Positions 1-12,387 of a DNA stretch of 64,000 nt are shown here, in pieces. The first letter of the stretch is position 1. Each line of letters opens with the position of its first letter. Both the position numbers and the translations under genes were made by a program. The stretch spans positions 177,320,001 to 177,384,000 of the forward strand of contig OZ024740.1 in assembly GCA_964016885.1 (NCBI GenBank), read 5' to 3'. This DNA is from Eledone cirrhosa (lineage: Eukaryota). A model generated the notes under the pieces. It saw only the letters and a list, made by a program, of their open reading frames with translations, was not told where the DNA came from and made no database searches.

Positions 1-1818
1 CCCCGGCTGAAGATCTTACAGACATTAATGATGATGTATATAAATTAATTACCAAATTAGGAATCGAAGGAAGAACAGAGCCACTTATACCTAGGCAGCC
101 GCGGATCAACTTAAAAGATCACAAAAGAAACTTCGAGGAACACTTGCCAGTTAGACTGATTGCTCCATCCAAATCGGATATTGGAGTAATCAGTAAAAAC
201 ATTATTGATAGAATTCTACCTGCTCTGAAATTGAGGTCTAAATTGAGCTTGTGGAAAGATACAAACGAAGTCATTGAATGGTATAAGAATATAGATAATA
301 AGAAAAACCATAAATTCATCCAGATGGACATAACAAGCTATTATTCTTCCATAACGCCCAACCTACTAAATAAGGCTCTATCATACGCTTACAAGCATAC
401 TGATCTAATCACGGATGAAATTGATATCATATTAACAGTTAGAAGAACTCTTATTAACTTCGACAATGAGTATTGGACCCGCTCAGATAGAAATAGAAAC
501 TTTGATATTACCATGGGGTCATCTGATTCAGCGCAAATCACGGATCTTCTGGGGATTTTCATATTAAATATGATAAATAGAAAACTGCCGGAGATTACCG
601 GTGGTTTATATAGGGACGACATTTTATTTACGGTTGTCAAACACAACAATATTGAACTAATTAGAGTAAAGAAAAATATAATTGAATTCTTTAAAATGTA
701 TGACCTTAAGCTAGAAGTAGAAAGTGGTACCAAAATAGTTAATTTCCTTGATGTTACGTTTAACTTAAACTCTGGCTTTTATTACCCTTTCCATAAGCCC
801 AATGAAAACTTAAATTACGTTAGTTATTACTCCAATCACCCTAAGTCAGTAAAAAAGCAATTGTAAATAGTGTGCAAATAGAATATCTGCCAATAAAGCA
901 ATATTTGATGAAAATGCAGGATATTACAACGAAGCGCTAAAAAGATCAGTTATGAGAATAATATAGAATATGTAGATAATAATAATCCAAGTTTTAATCC
1001 TGACAAAAATAATGGCATATATAAACGAAATTCTATAAATTCTAGTAATTATAATTCTAGTAATTATAACACCTATACTGGGAACAAATCGAGGAAAAGA
1101 ACCATAACTAAATCAGTTATATGGTTTGCCCCCCCCCCTTGCTTCTGTAGCAGTAAGAACACCAATAGCTAATTTATTCTTTAAAGCTTTGGATAGCTCT
1201 TTCCCTAGTCAACATAAATACCATTCCATTTTTAATAGACACACTATTAAATTATCTTATTCTACAACTATGAATATGGCCCAAAACATTGCTAAAATAA
1301 ACAGCAAAATTCTAAATCAAAATCAGCATAATGATATTAATAAGAGTGTTAACATAAATAATAATAAATCAAAATGTAATTGTAGAAATAAACCAGATTG
1401 CTCTCTGCAAAATAATTGTTTGGACAGTAATTTGGTGTATAAATGCACCGTAAAAACTGATAACAAGGCATACAACTAGATAGGAGCGACTTCTTCTACA
1501 TTTAAGGCTAGATTTGCGAATCATAAATGCTCATTCTCGAATTCTAATAGGAAATCTTCGACTTCTTTATCACAGCTTATATGGTCATTAAAAGACAAAC
1601 ATTTAAAATACTCGAACTTTTGGACGAAACTTTGTAATAGTGGAGTTTATCTCAACTCAAGTATATCAAGTAACTGCGCCCTCTGTACAATGGAGACCCT
1701 ATTAATAATTAATAATTATGAAAACTTAATTAACAAAAAAAGTGAATTATTCTCAAACTGCCTTCATAAAGCTTTGTCTACATTCCAAGCCTCGCATAAA
1801 GTCAGGAAAAAACAGTAA
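1..1818 (+). mobile_element. Degenerate Penelope-like retroelement (probable Naiad type): RT plus GIY-YIG endonuclease, broken by stops and frameshifts, 5' end outside the window
   Basis: ORF 144-866 has PLE RT motifs (FIQMDITSYY, FDITMGS, GLYRDD, VNFLDVTF, YYPFHKPN, SNHP). ORF 1126-1479 has FNRHTIKLSYS and CNCRNKPDC..NCL..NLVYKC. Endonuclease remnants continue downstream. Homologous to the element at 4417-6490. Confidence 0.9.
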
Positions 1819-2674
1819 GCAACCAAGCCTGGTTTTTAGACGTACATCATCAACTGTTGAACATATAAATCATAACGGCTTATAAAACTTTAATAATGTT
1901 TTATCTTCTAATCATTTATTTTGGAAATAATGTTTGAATGAGTGACACTTGTTGAATAACTTGCTTGCAGGTTGGATATGCATAACCTATGGCTTTTTGG
2001 ATATTTTTAACTTTGATTCAGATCTTTATTTGTCTATCTCTGTTTTAAATATATAGTTTAGATATCTAACCTGTAAATTTTACTGACTTTAATTTGAACT
2101 GTGGATCATTCATGCGTTTACATTTTTATATATATGTATGTATTTTATATATATATATATATATATATATTTTACTCATTTGGAGATGGTTTTTGAAGAC
2201 TCAGAAAGTTGGTTTGTGCTTTGCCTTTTATGTATTTTTAACAAACAATATTGGCAGACAAATATTGGTTTATATCTCCACTGAACTGGAGGTAGAACTA
2301 CTAACAGTGTTTGTAATCGCTATGTTTTATTGGAAATATACCGTCTTATTAATATCTAGTATATCAATGTATAATTTGTGCAAATATCTTTATCTAGTGT
2401 AATAACATAATCGTAGTTACACATGTACGAAACTACTAACCAAGATTATAATCGTTATTCTTTATTAAATGTATAACGTCTCATTAATACTTAGTATATC
2501 TCTATACATAGTTTGTGCAAATATGTTTATCTCTATATATAGTTTGTGCAAATATGTTTATATTGTATAATAACATAATCATAATTAGAGTTCTTACCTA
2601 GAAGGTAGAACTAATAATGACTTAATATAATATATGAACAAAAAATAAATTATAGTCTTGATATTATGATCAAT

Positions 2675-2735
<61 letters not shown>

Positions 2736-2746
2736 TAACAGATTAA

Positions 2747-2797
2747 GGTTTAAGCAAAGGATCGCTGCTTTCACACTTAACGGGATCTTCTGAAACT
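2747..2797 (-). ncRNA. Hammerhead ribozyme, variant core CAGAAGA (inverted copy of 7385-7435)
   Basis: Reverse complement of the pLTR HHR with a few substitutions. Confidence 0.6.
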
Positions 2798-4416
2798 AAC
2801 AAAGTCAATCTGTAAACGCAGAACTAAAAACGTTGCAACCGGAGGAAGACAGGAAAACGATACTTTGGTTCGTGGAAACGTTCGCTGGCAAAGAACGGGA
2901 AAAAACGAATAATACGTCATTAAAAGGAGCGGTGAAAAACAATTATGCGCAAAGATAGAACCACGTTTAGGTATAAAAGAGGTCGTAGACTAATGTTCTC
3001 TTAGGTGGTGCATAGAGACGTTCTCTGGCAATGAACGAAAAAACGAAGATAATAAGTCATATGTGGAGCGTGGAGAACAATAGCACGCAAAGACAAAACC
3101 ATAAAGTCGTAGACTAAAATTCTAACTAGGAGACCAAATGAATCTCCGCTACAGAGTTAAGAACAAAGTAAATAAATACAATACAGAAGTAATAGAAATA
3201 AATAAATACATACACGCAAACAAATACGTACATACACAAGCATACGCAAAACCTTACCATAGGTATACAACCACGCACATATAAATATGTGTGTGTGTGT
3301 GTATGCTTGTGTACAAATAAATAAATAATTATATAAACGTATATAAGTAAATAAATACGTATATAACAAGCGCACACACATACCTACATATAAATACACG
3401 AATGTTCGGAGACGTAAGTCAACTAAAGCAAGAAGTACACATATACAGACACCCACCATACGTACGAACCTGCATACTCACGCAGACGCAAAACTCCCGT
3501 ATACACATAGCTAAACCCTAAATACCAGAATATATAAAAATTATACGCCATAACAATCAAATATACGTACGATAAGGTATACAACCTTCACAAAACATAC
3601 AGGTAATATATACTTACCTATGCAAATAAGTAAAGGAATAAAGAAAACATATACTTAGCTCCCACTATCGTACTATCCGTTAGGGTATAACGTGGGGCTG
3701 TAATACAGGAAAGTTTAGTGCAATTTATGTTTACAAGCCGAAATTGCCTCAGATTTTTTGTTTAAGATGTGGTCTGTCGCGTAGAGTATTTCCAGGGCCT
3801 CAGCGGCGCAGAGGTCACATGGTCTTTTATTTCCGTTATACGATCTAGCCCTAGCTAGGATCTCCCAGTGTAACTTATATTGGGTGTGGTTGTCTTTTAG
3901 ACTCCAGATATAAGCTGAAAGTGACGTCATATTCCTTCTTAGAGGGTAACGAAAAGAATGGGTATGCATGTAAAGACGCTACTTGAAACTATTGGCGGTT
4001 AACCCTATGTAGGCCCTACGGGACGTGGGTGTTACAACCTTACATTTGTAGACAATGTTACTAGAGAGGCATTTCCCGGATAGGGGGCAATCAGCCCGAT
4101 TCCTACAATTACAGTTAGTACTAACTACAGGGTTGCACGTGTTCCTACGGCTAGGTAGTTTAGCTAAATTTGAAGCTGTGATGTTATGAGCAAGGTTAGG
4201 AGTCGTAGAGTAAGAAATTTTAATAGTATTTCTATTAAAAATTTTACTATATTTATGTGTAGGGGGAAATGCTTCGTAATAAATATTTGCTCTACGGTTC
4301 TTATATATTTGATATATATTTATCCTTATCGAGCCCTCTTTGGATTTTAGTCTTCAATTTTATTATTATTACTATTTGGCTCCCTCGGTTGAGCACTCTA
4401 CTGACTTATATTCATC

Positions 4417-5826
4417 ATGCAGAAACAACATCTGAATATTTCTACAAAGAACATACCCGTACCAAGCAGGAAAACATACCTAAGACTCCTGATACAGAAA
4501 ACAGATGCGTTCATTAAAAGGTTGCGTTGGCGTGCCTTTTATTTCGATAATCCGCGAAAAGCAAACAACAAACAGGATAAATTTGGATTTAAAACCTATA
4601 ATAACCCCCCGTGGAACCCAGCATTGCTACCCTTCGAAAATGATGTCTTGGAACTCATTCGGAGTATCAAATTTCGGAATAGGAGCAATTCCTTCCAGCA
4701 AGACCTGAAGAATAGAATTCGTTCTATTAAGGATTCTAACGCCGTGCACGTCCATTCCGACAAAACTGGCAACCTATATCAAGTGGAGCGCAGTACTTAC
4801 CATCAACTACTACATAATGCTGTAACTAAGGATTACCGTAAAACTAATCGGTGCGTCATCAATGAAATCAACGATGCTGGGTTTAAAATCACATCTGATC
4901 TCAACATCCTGGACCGGACCGAACCTCTGGACCCTATTTCTCCCCACTTTACCCTGAAGGATCACAAATCCAATTTTCCGAACAACCCCTCTATTCGGCT
5001 TATTAACCCTACGAAGTCCGATTTAGGTAGACTTAGTAAAACGATTCTTGATAGAATTATACCTGAAATTAGAAGTTTGGTCCCTCTCGCACTGTGGAAC
5101 AATTCTTTCGCGGTGATTGATTGGTTCAACGGCATATGTAACAAGGAACATTGCCGTTTTATCCAATTCGACATCAACAATTACTACTCCTCCATCACTT
5201 TACCACTTCTCCTTAGAGCTATCAATTTCGCTAAAACACTCACAGCGGTTAAGGATTTCGAAGTTGATGTCATTCTTAATGCCCGAAAGTCGGTGATTAA
5301 TTTCGACGACTCTATTTGGATTAAAAAATCCAATAGTACCCCATTCGACGTGAGTATGGGCGCCAGTGACTCTGCGGAAGTTACTGATCTTATTGGCATT
5401 TTCCTTCTTTTCTCTATCAAGGACGAATTCCCCAACGCGGGCGGTGGTTTGTACCGTGACGATGGTCTTTTGACCATGACTAAGTGCGGACCTCAGGCTT
5501 GCGACAGGTTCAGAAAAGAACTTACAGCCTTCTTTAAAGGCTTCAACCTCTCTATACAGGTTGACGCCAATCTCTCGGTCGTTAATTACCTCGACGTTAC
5601 CCTCAATTTATTGAATGGGTTGTATTACCCGTATAGAAAGCCGAATGATACGCTTAATTACATAAGTAAGCATTCCAACCATCCCGCCAGCATAACCAAG
5701 AACCTGGTAAGAAACGTTTCGTTGAGGCTTTCCCGTCTTTCCACCCTCGAGCGCATTTTCAACGACCATTCCACTTATTACAATCAAGCTCTTGCTCAAA
5801 GTGGATTTGTCGATAAGGTAACATAA
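4417..5826 (+). pseudogene. PLE polyprotein, N-terminal and reverse transcriptase part
   Basis: Motifs RLRWRA, SDKTGNLY, FTLKDHK, IRLINP, FIQFDI, FDVSMG, GLYRDDGL, VNYLDVTL, SNHP. Ends in a stop/frameshift before the endonuclease part. Confidence 0.9.
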
Positions 5827-5839
5827 CCCACTATATAAT

Positions 5840-6490
5840 ATGGAGGTAGCCACAGCGTTAGCTAAGATCTTTCTTTCCCTTTTTACGAAGCATTTTCCCC
5901 CTACACATAAATATAGTAACATTTTTAATAGAAATACTATTAAAATTTCTTACTCGACGACTCCTAACCTTGCACATAACATCACAGCTTCAAATTTAGC
6001 TAAACTACCTAGCCGTAGGAACACGTGCAACCCTGTAGTTAGTACTAACTGTAATTGTAGGAATCGGGCTGATTGCCCCATATCCGGGAAATGCCTCTCT
6101 AGTAACATTGTCTACAAATGTAAGGTTGTAACACCCACGTCCCGTAGGGCCTACATAGGGTTAACCGTCAATGGTTTCAAGCAGCGTCTTTACATGCATA
6201 CCCATTCTTTTCGTTACCCTCTAAGAAGGAATATGACGTCACTTTCAGCTTATATCTGGAGTCTAAAAGACAACCACACCCAATATAAGTTACACTGGGA
6301 GATCCTAGCTAGGGCTAGACCGTATAACGGAAATAAAAGACCATGTGACCTCTGCGCCGCTGAGGCCCTGGAAATACTCTACGCCACAGACCACATCTTA
6401 AACAAAAAATCTGAGGCAATTTCGGCTTGTAAACATAAATTGCACAAAACTTTCCTGTATTACAGCCCCACGTTATACCCTAACGGATAG
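5840..6490 (+). pseudogene. PLE polyprotein, Cys-rich linker and GIY-YIG endonuclease part
   Basis: CNCR..DCP.SGKC linker, NIVY...YIGLT, FKQR, CDLC..E and LNKKSE..SACKHK. This Cys-rich C-terminus resembles Naiad-clade PLEs. Confidence 0.88.
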
Positions 6491-7384
6491 TACGATAGTG
6501 GGAGCTAAGTATATGTTTTCTTTATTCCTTTACTTATTTGCATAGGTAAGTATATATTACCTGTATGTTTTGTGAAGGTTGTATACCTTATCGTACGTAT
6601 ATTTGATTGTTATGGCGTATAATTTTTATATATTCTAGTATTTAGGGTTATCGCTATGTGTATACGGGAGTTTTGCGTCTGCGTGAGTATGCAGATTCGT
6701 ACGTATGGTGGGTGTGTGTATATGTGTACTTCTTGTTTTAGTTGACTTACGTCTCCGAACATTCGTGTATTTATATGTAGGTATGTGTGTGCGCTTGTTA
6801 TATACGTATTTATTTACTTATATACGTTTATATAATTATTTATTTATTTGTACACAAGCATACACACACACACACACACACACACATTTATATGTGCGTG
6901 GTTGTATACCTATGGTAAGGTTTTGCGTATGCTTGCGTATGTACGTATTTGTTTGCGTGTATGTATTTATTTATTTCTATTACTTCTGTATTGTATTTAT
7001 TTACTTTGTTCTTAACTCTGTAGCGGAGATTCATTTGGTCTCCTAGTTAGAATTTTAGTCTACGACTTTATGGTTTTGTCTTTGCGTGCTATTGTTCTCC
7101 ACGCTCCACATATGACTTATTATCTTCGTTTTTTCGTTCATTGCCAGAGAACGTCTCTATGCACCACCTAAGAGAACATTAGTCTACGACCTCTTTTATA
7201 CCTAAACGTGGTTCTGTCTTTGCGCGTAATTGTTTTTCACCGCTCCTTTTAATGACGTATTATTCGTTTTTTCCCGTTCTTTGCCAGCGAACGTTTCCAC
7301 GAACCAAAGTATCGTCTTCCTGTCTTCCTCCGGTTGCAACGTTTTTTGAAATATCCAGTTCTGCGTTTACAGATTGACTTTGTT

Positions 7385-7435
7385 AGTTTCAGAAGATCCC
7401 GTTAAGGGTGAAAGCAGCGATTCTTTGCTTAAACT
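7385..7435 (+). ncRNA. Type I hammerhead ribozyme in PLE pLTR, variant core CAGAAGA
   Basis: agttt CAGAAGA tccc-gttaa-gggt GAAA gca-gcgattctt-tgc TT aaact. Stems I, II and III all pair. Predicted cleavage after 7430. Confidence 0.7.
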
Positions 7436-7805
7436 TTAATCTGTTATTTTAATAAATATTTGCTCTACGGTTCTTATATATTTGATATATATTTATCCTT
7501 ATCGAGCCCTCTTTGGATTTTAGTCTTCAATTTTATTATTATTACTATATATATATATATATATATATATTTAAAAACACACAGATACATGCGGACACAC
7601 ACATATATACATGAATGCATCCGCACCCAACTGTGAGTTAAGGGTGCCAACTTCACCGATGTTGCTCAATGAATGACTGGGACAGACCAATTCAGTTTGA
7701 ACCAGACTGAACCAGTATCAGAGTTAAAAATACATTATGAAGAGAGAAGAAACATTTAGATATAATTAGTAATAAAATGTATCATACCTAAACTGTTCCT
7801 AAATT

Positions 7806-7891
7806 CCTCGACTACGTAGTTTCGTGGCATAAACAAAAACAATATATCAAAGATATAGAGTCCTTGCGAGGTCTGCCAACTTATCAAGAGG
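7806..7891 (-). ncRNA. Type I hammerhead ribozyme, U3-A8 variant core (unit 1)
   Basis: Minus strand: cctc TTGATAA gttggca...tgccac GAAA ctacgtag TC gagg. Palindromic stem III, GUC cleavage triplet. Confidence 0.85.
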
Positions 7892-8396
7892 ATACCTCAT
7901 TTTACTAGTCTCAAGAACGCGTCTACACGACGTGAGAAAGAATCCCAAAAGGCGGAGGGGGAGATAGTCACGCGATATAACGGTCGAGAAACAGAGCTAA
8001 GCCTCTTATAACCACGAAGAAAATACCACGGAGGCGGAGGGGGTATTCATATCGAGGCCGCAGAAGAGGTAGTGAAGAAGGCGAGAAGTATGAGTAATGG
8101 AAGCTTTCCCGTTGTCCCCACACTTCAAAGATTGCTCGACCAGAGGGAGTTATTAATATATTTAAAAACACACAGATACATGCGGACACACACATATATA
8201 CATGAATGCATCCGCACCCAACTGTGAGTTAAGGGTGCCAACTTCACCGATGTTGCTCAATGAATGACTGGGACAGACCAATTCAGTTTGAACCAGACTG
8301 AACCAGTATCAGAGTTAAAAATACATTATGAAGAGAGAAGAAACATTTAGATATAATTAGTAATAAAATGTATCATACCTAAACTGTTCCTAAATT

Positions 8397-8482
8397 CCTC
8401 GACTACGTAGTTTCGTGGCATAAACAAAAACAATATATCAAAGATATAGAGTCCTTGCGAGGTCTGCCAACTTATCAAGAGG
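8397..8482 (-). ncRNA. Type I hammerhead ribozyme, U3-A8 variant core (unit 2)
   Basis: Same sequence as 7806-7891, shifted by 591. Confidence 0.85.
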
Positions 8483-8987
8483 ATACCTCATTTTACTAGT
8501 CTCAAGAACGCGTCTACACGACGTGAGAAAGAATCCCAAAAGGCGGAGGGGGAGATAGTCACGCGATATAACGGTCGAGAAACAGAGCTAAGCCTCTTAT
8601 AACCACGAAGAAAATACCACGGAGGCGGAGGGGGTATTCATATCGAGGCCGCAGAAGAGGTAGTGAAGAAGGCGAGAAGTATGAGTAATGGAAGCTTTCC
8701 CGTTGTCCCCACACTTCAAAGATTGCTCGACCAGAGGGAGTTATTAATATATTTAAAAACACACAGATACATGCGGACACACACATATATACATGAATGC
8801 ATCCGCACCCAACTGTGAGTTAAGGGTGCCAACTTCACCGATGTTGCTCAATGAATGACTGGGACAGACCAATTCAGTTTGAACCAGACTGAACCAGTAT
8901 CAGAGTTAAAAATACATTATGAAGAGAGAAGAAACATTTAGATATAATTAGTAATAAAATGTATCATACCTAAACTGTTCCTAAATT

Positions 8988-9073
8988 CCTCGACTACGTA
9001 GTTTCGTGGCATAAACAAAAACAATATATCAAAGATATAGAGTCCTTGCGAGGTCTGCCAACTTATCAAGAGG
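8988..9073 (-). ncRNA. Type I hammerhead ribozyme, U3-A8 variant core (unit 3)
   Basis: Same sequence as 7806-7891, shifted by 1182. Confidence 0.85.
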
Positions 9074-9329
9074 ATACCTCATTTTACTAGTCTCAAGAAC
9101 GCGTCTACACGACGTGAGAAAGAATCCCAAAAGGCGGAGGGGGAGATAGTCACGCGATATAACGGTCGAGAAACAGAGCTAAGCCTCTTATAACCACGAA
9201 GAAAATACCACGGAGGCGGAGGGGGTTTTTGTTTATGCCACGAAACTACGTAGTCGAGGAATTTAGGAACAGTTTAGGTATGATACATTTTATTACTAAT
9301 TATATCTAAATGTTTCTTCTCTCTTCATA

Positions 9330-9390
<61 letters not shown>

Positions 9391-9391
<1 letters not shown>

Positions 9392-10138
9392 CTAAAAACT
9401 CCGACCTCTTTAGGTTATAAGACCTGCTAATACTTTATGCACTATAACTATTTAACAATAAATTCCTTAATAGTTATAACTGTAAATATCTCATAAATTA
9501 TATTATAGAAAATGTTGTCAGTGTTACAAGTAATTTTTGGGAATATTGAACATTATATTTTTTTCTTTCGCGGGCCTCGTAAATCCTTTAAATTTGTTTC
9601 ATAAAACTTTGAATTTTAGAAATTTAACACAATTATATTATAAAATTAATACAATTAACCATCATCAACTTTTAAAACTTAAAATTTTGATTCTTTACCC
9701 TAAAATAACATAAATTAAATATTTTGAAATTTAACCGCCAAAGCTATAATTGAAAATTATCTGTCAGTTGTCTTCTCAAGCTAAACACTAAATAAATTAT
9801 AACTCCAGATACGTCTTCCTCTTTAGTTCTATAGTAGTATTTCAAATTTTAAAAACTCTATAACTGTTGCATTAAGGCAATGTTTTTCTTACTCACACTC
9901 TCTCTATTGATTCTATTACGTTTTCGCATGTTCTCAATATTAGGGTATAAATATTGAGTTTTCTCATAAGTTAATCACTGCCTTGATTAAATCTTAACCA
10001 TCTAACATTTCAGGGTATGTCATGTATCATTTTATTTTATCTGATGAGGACGTACTGTTGAACTTGATTCAGTACCTCTGAAATATGTATAATAAAACTT
10101 AATTGATCACAAGAATACCTATTTTGTTAATATTTGAA

Positions 10139-10141
<3 letters not shown>
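9391..10141 (+). mobile_element. (TA)n-flanked 3' fragment of a PLE-like element carrying an HHR
   Basis: Unique AT-rich insert between two (TA)n tracts, with an HHR about 45 nt from its 3' end. Confidence 0.65.
10035..10097 (+). ncRNA. Minimal type I hammerhead ribozyme
   Basis: ttttat CTGATGA gga-cgtactg...cagtac-ctct GAAA tatgta TA ataaaa. Confidence 0.8.
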
Positions 10142-10175
<34 letters not shown>

Positions 10176-10374
10176 CGCATTCCACATACGTACATTTCAC
10201 GCTTCGTAATCTCAAACAATATCATTTTTCACTAAGCCTGCTGAACAAATACAAAGGAAAAATTACTGCGGTATCAGATAGATAGATAGATATCTTTAGA
10301 TAGACAGCTAGTTAGGTAAGCCAAACTTACAGACGTACACACCCAGTACACCTACACACACACACACACACACA

Positions 10375-10410
<36 letters not shown>

Positions 10411-10673
10411 CAGAGAGAAAGAGAGAAGTAAGTTTTGAGATAATTTTATAGGTGAAACGTTTTAGCACGTATATAGAAAAAGTAAAGCAGCAGATAGGAG
10501 AAAGTGAAAATGTGGTGAATGTTTTGTGAGATAGTTATTATAAAGAAAGCATTATAAGTATGGACAGAGAGTGACAAAGAGAGAGGCAGACGAGTAAAGA
10601 AAAGTTGTGGAGATAAACGATTGCAGTATATGGAATATAATGAAAACTAGCATGGTTCTGTTTTATTCTGATA

Positions 10674-11819
10674 CTAGCTGAGTGACCCGGCCTAGCCCGG
10701 GTTATTGCTCTTCTTATTCAGATTAGTAAATAATAAATATGGGGATATATTTTTTTATCATAATTATTTCGAAATATCTACATTTCATAAAGGAAATATG
10801 AAAATTGTTATGAATTGTTGTATAGAATTTAGAAATGAAAATCTGTCACAATAATCATTGTGTACTTTTTTGTTGGTGTTCAAATGAATAAATTGAGGCT
10901 GCTTCCAACTCGTTAGCAACCAAAATAGAGTTGACCGTGGGAGAAACATGTAGTAGAGAGATCAAGTCCAACTACCTCGAGGGATTGACCCTGAGATTTA
11001 TTAATTGAAATAACAAAACTTAATTTGACTGGAAACTGAAGTTTCTTAAATTCAAATGGAAGGTATGAGAGGAAGTTTTAGAATAAAGACATTTTTTTTC
11101 AATATTGTAAACAAATAAGTATCAACATCCAAAAGAAATATTTATTAATTATTATTTTTGTATGCAGTGTAAATTAACCAAATATAAGCAAATGTATTAA
11201 CTGCTAAATATAAACGAATAGGCACACATACACTTATAAAAAACACACAGACATCCATTCATACAAACACACACAGACATACATTCATACAGTGTTTCAT
11301 TATGACAAGTAAATGAGGCCTCTTAAATTCAACCTCACATACACCACACACATATAATTGTCATTCATCACACATGTATATGCATGTGTAGATGTGTGTT
11401 TAATTCTTTGTGTATCTGATTAAATATTTACGTGAAGATGTATGTGTATGTAACTTATTAAGGCCTAACGCATGTAGCGAACGTGCAAACACACAAACTC
11501 ACAGACAGACATATACACACTCATATGCAAAATGTGACGTTCTAATCGACGTCGTCACATACACTCACACAAAATGTGACGTCGTCGTTGTCGTCACATA
11601 CACTCACACAAAATGTGACGTCGTCGTCGTGTTATAAAATGTCGTTTACTTATAGTCTTCAGTAGAATATTTTAGTTAAAATCTTATATTGTTTTAATCC
11701 AAATGAAAATAAAAATTACATTGTTAATCCTTTTACCTTGTAAAATTTGACTTGATTTGGTCGCGCCATAAGGAAAAGACAGACAGACAGATAGACAAAG
11801 AATTTTATATAGAGAGAGA
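10674..11819 (-). mobile_element. Non-autonomous Helitron
   Basis: Minus strand starts TCTCTCTCTATATAAAA...tgtctgtct and ends with the hairpin cccgggctaggccggg followed by CTAG. Inserted between A and T. Confidence 0.75.
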
Positions 11820-11847
11820 TTACCGCAGCTTAACTTTCACCTTAAAC

Positions 11848-12373
11848 GTGATGTTCGGTTTGTTTGTAAACAAACAGCCCGAATTAAGCCGTACAGTGTT
11901 CGGCAACCATCGTCGCATTTTGTTCATCACTGACAAAGGAACGATGAACTTTCAAGCTTATTAGCTATCGTCAGCATCGTATATCTTCCTGTCAGATGAT
12001 TGAACGTTTGAAAGTATAGACTTTCCTTATGCATATTAACGGCTGAGCAGTTTAATTTGCATATCGAGTGAGTTAGTCGGCCGGGCGTACCGAAAACGAT
12101 AAATAGAAAAGAATGAAATGAAATGAAATTTCTCACCCTTAGTACGGCTGATACTTAAATATAAGTATGTATACGTACATACATATATGGATACAGACGT
12201 ACAGTAGTATGTACATATATAGATACATGCACATATATATATATATGTACGTTTGGGTTTACCGAACATTTATTATATTGTTCGGTTTGTTTGTAAACAA
12301 ACAGCCCGAATTGAACCGTACAGTGTTCGGCAAACATCGTTGCCCTTTTGTTCAGCACTGACAAAGGAACGAT
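11848..12373 (-). mobile_element. HHR-containing non-coding repeat with ~95-bp direct repeats (period ~430 bp); second copy at 24010-24380
   Basis: 11852-11945 is repeated at 12279-12373. Extensive identity with 24050-24365. Confidence 0.75.
11942..11979 (-). ncRNA. Hammerhead ribozyme with deleted stem III (probably inactive)
   Basis: Minus strand: cgatg CTGACGA tagct-aata-agctt GAAA g TT catcg. Confidence 0.6.
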
Positions 12374-12387
12374 ATATATATATACAT

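Larger units (their letters stand above)
2730..7548 (+). mobile_element. Near full-length Penelope-like element (probable Naiad type) with inverted 5' segment, inserted in (TA)n
   Basis: 2730-4279 is the reverse complement of ~5883-7452. 4277-4375 is a direct repeat of 7450-7548 (pLTR end). Both flanks are (TA)n. Contains RT and GIY-YIG ORFs and an HHR in the 3' pLTR. Confidence 0.92.
7567..9333 (-). mobile_element. Non-coding tandem array of a 591-bp unit (~2.8 copies) with one HHR per unit and a terminal inverted segment; retrozyme-like or non-autonomous PLE
   Basis: Period of 591 bp (identical ORFs at 7968 and 8559). 9226-9333 is an inverted copy of ~7731-7839. Flanked by (TA)n on both sides. 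Confidence 0.88.

Noticed and set aside
5820-5845. Programmed frameshift between the PLE RT and endonuclease ORFs
   Set aside because: The linker present in the homologous element at ~960-1140 is missing here, so a disabling deletion is more likely.
1-7548. Selenoprotein (in-frame UGA plus SECIS) coding, known for some Naiad PLEs
   Set aside because: The ORF breaks examined are TAA/TAG or frameshifts, not UGA at Cys positions, and no convincing SECIS was seen by eye.
7968-8786. Duplicated 75-aa ORF in the 591-bp unit
   Set aside because: No recognisable motifs; it recurs only because the unit is repeated.
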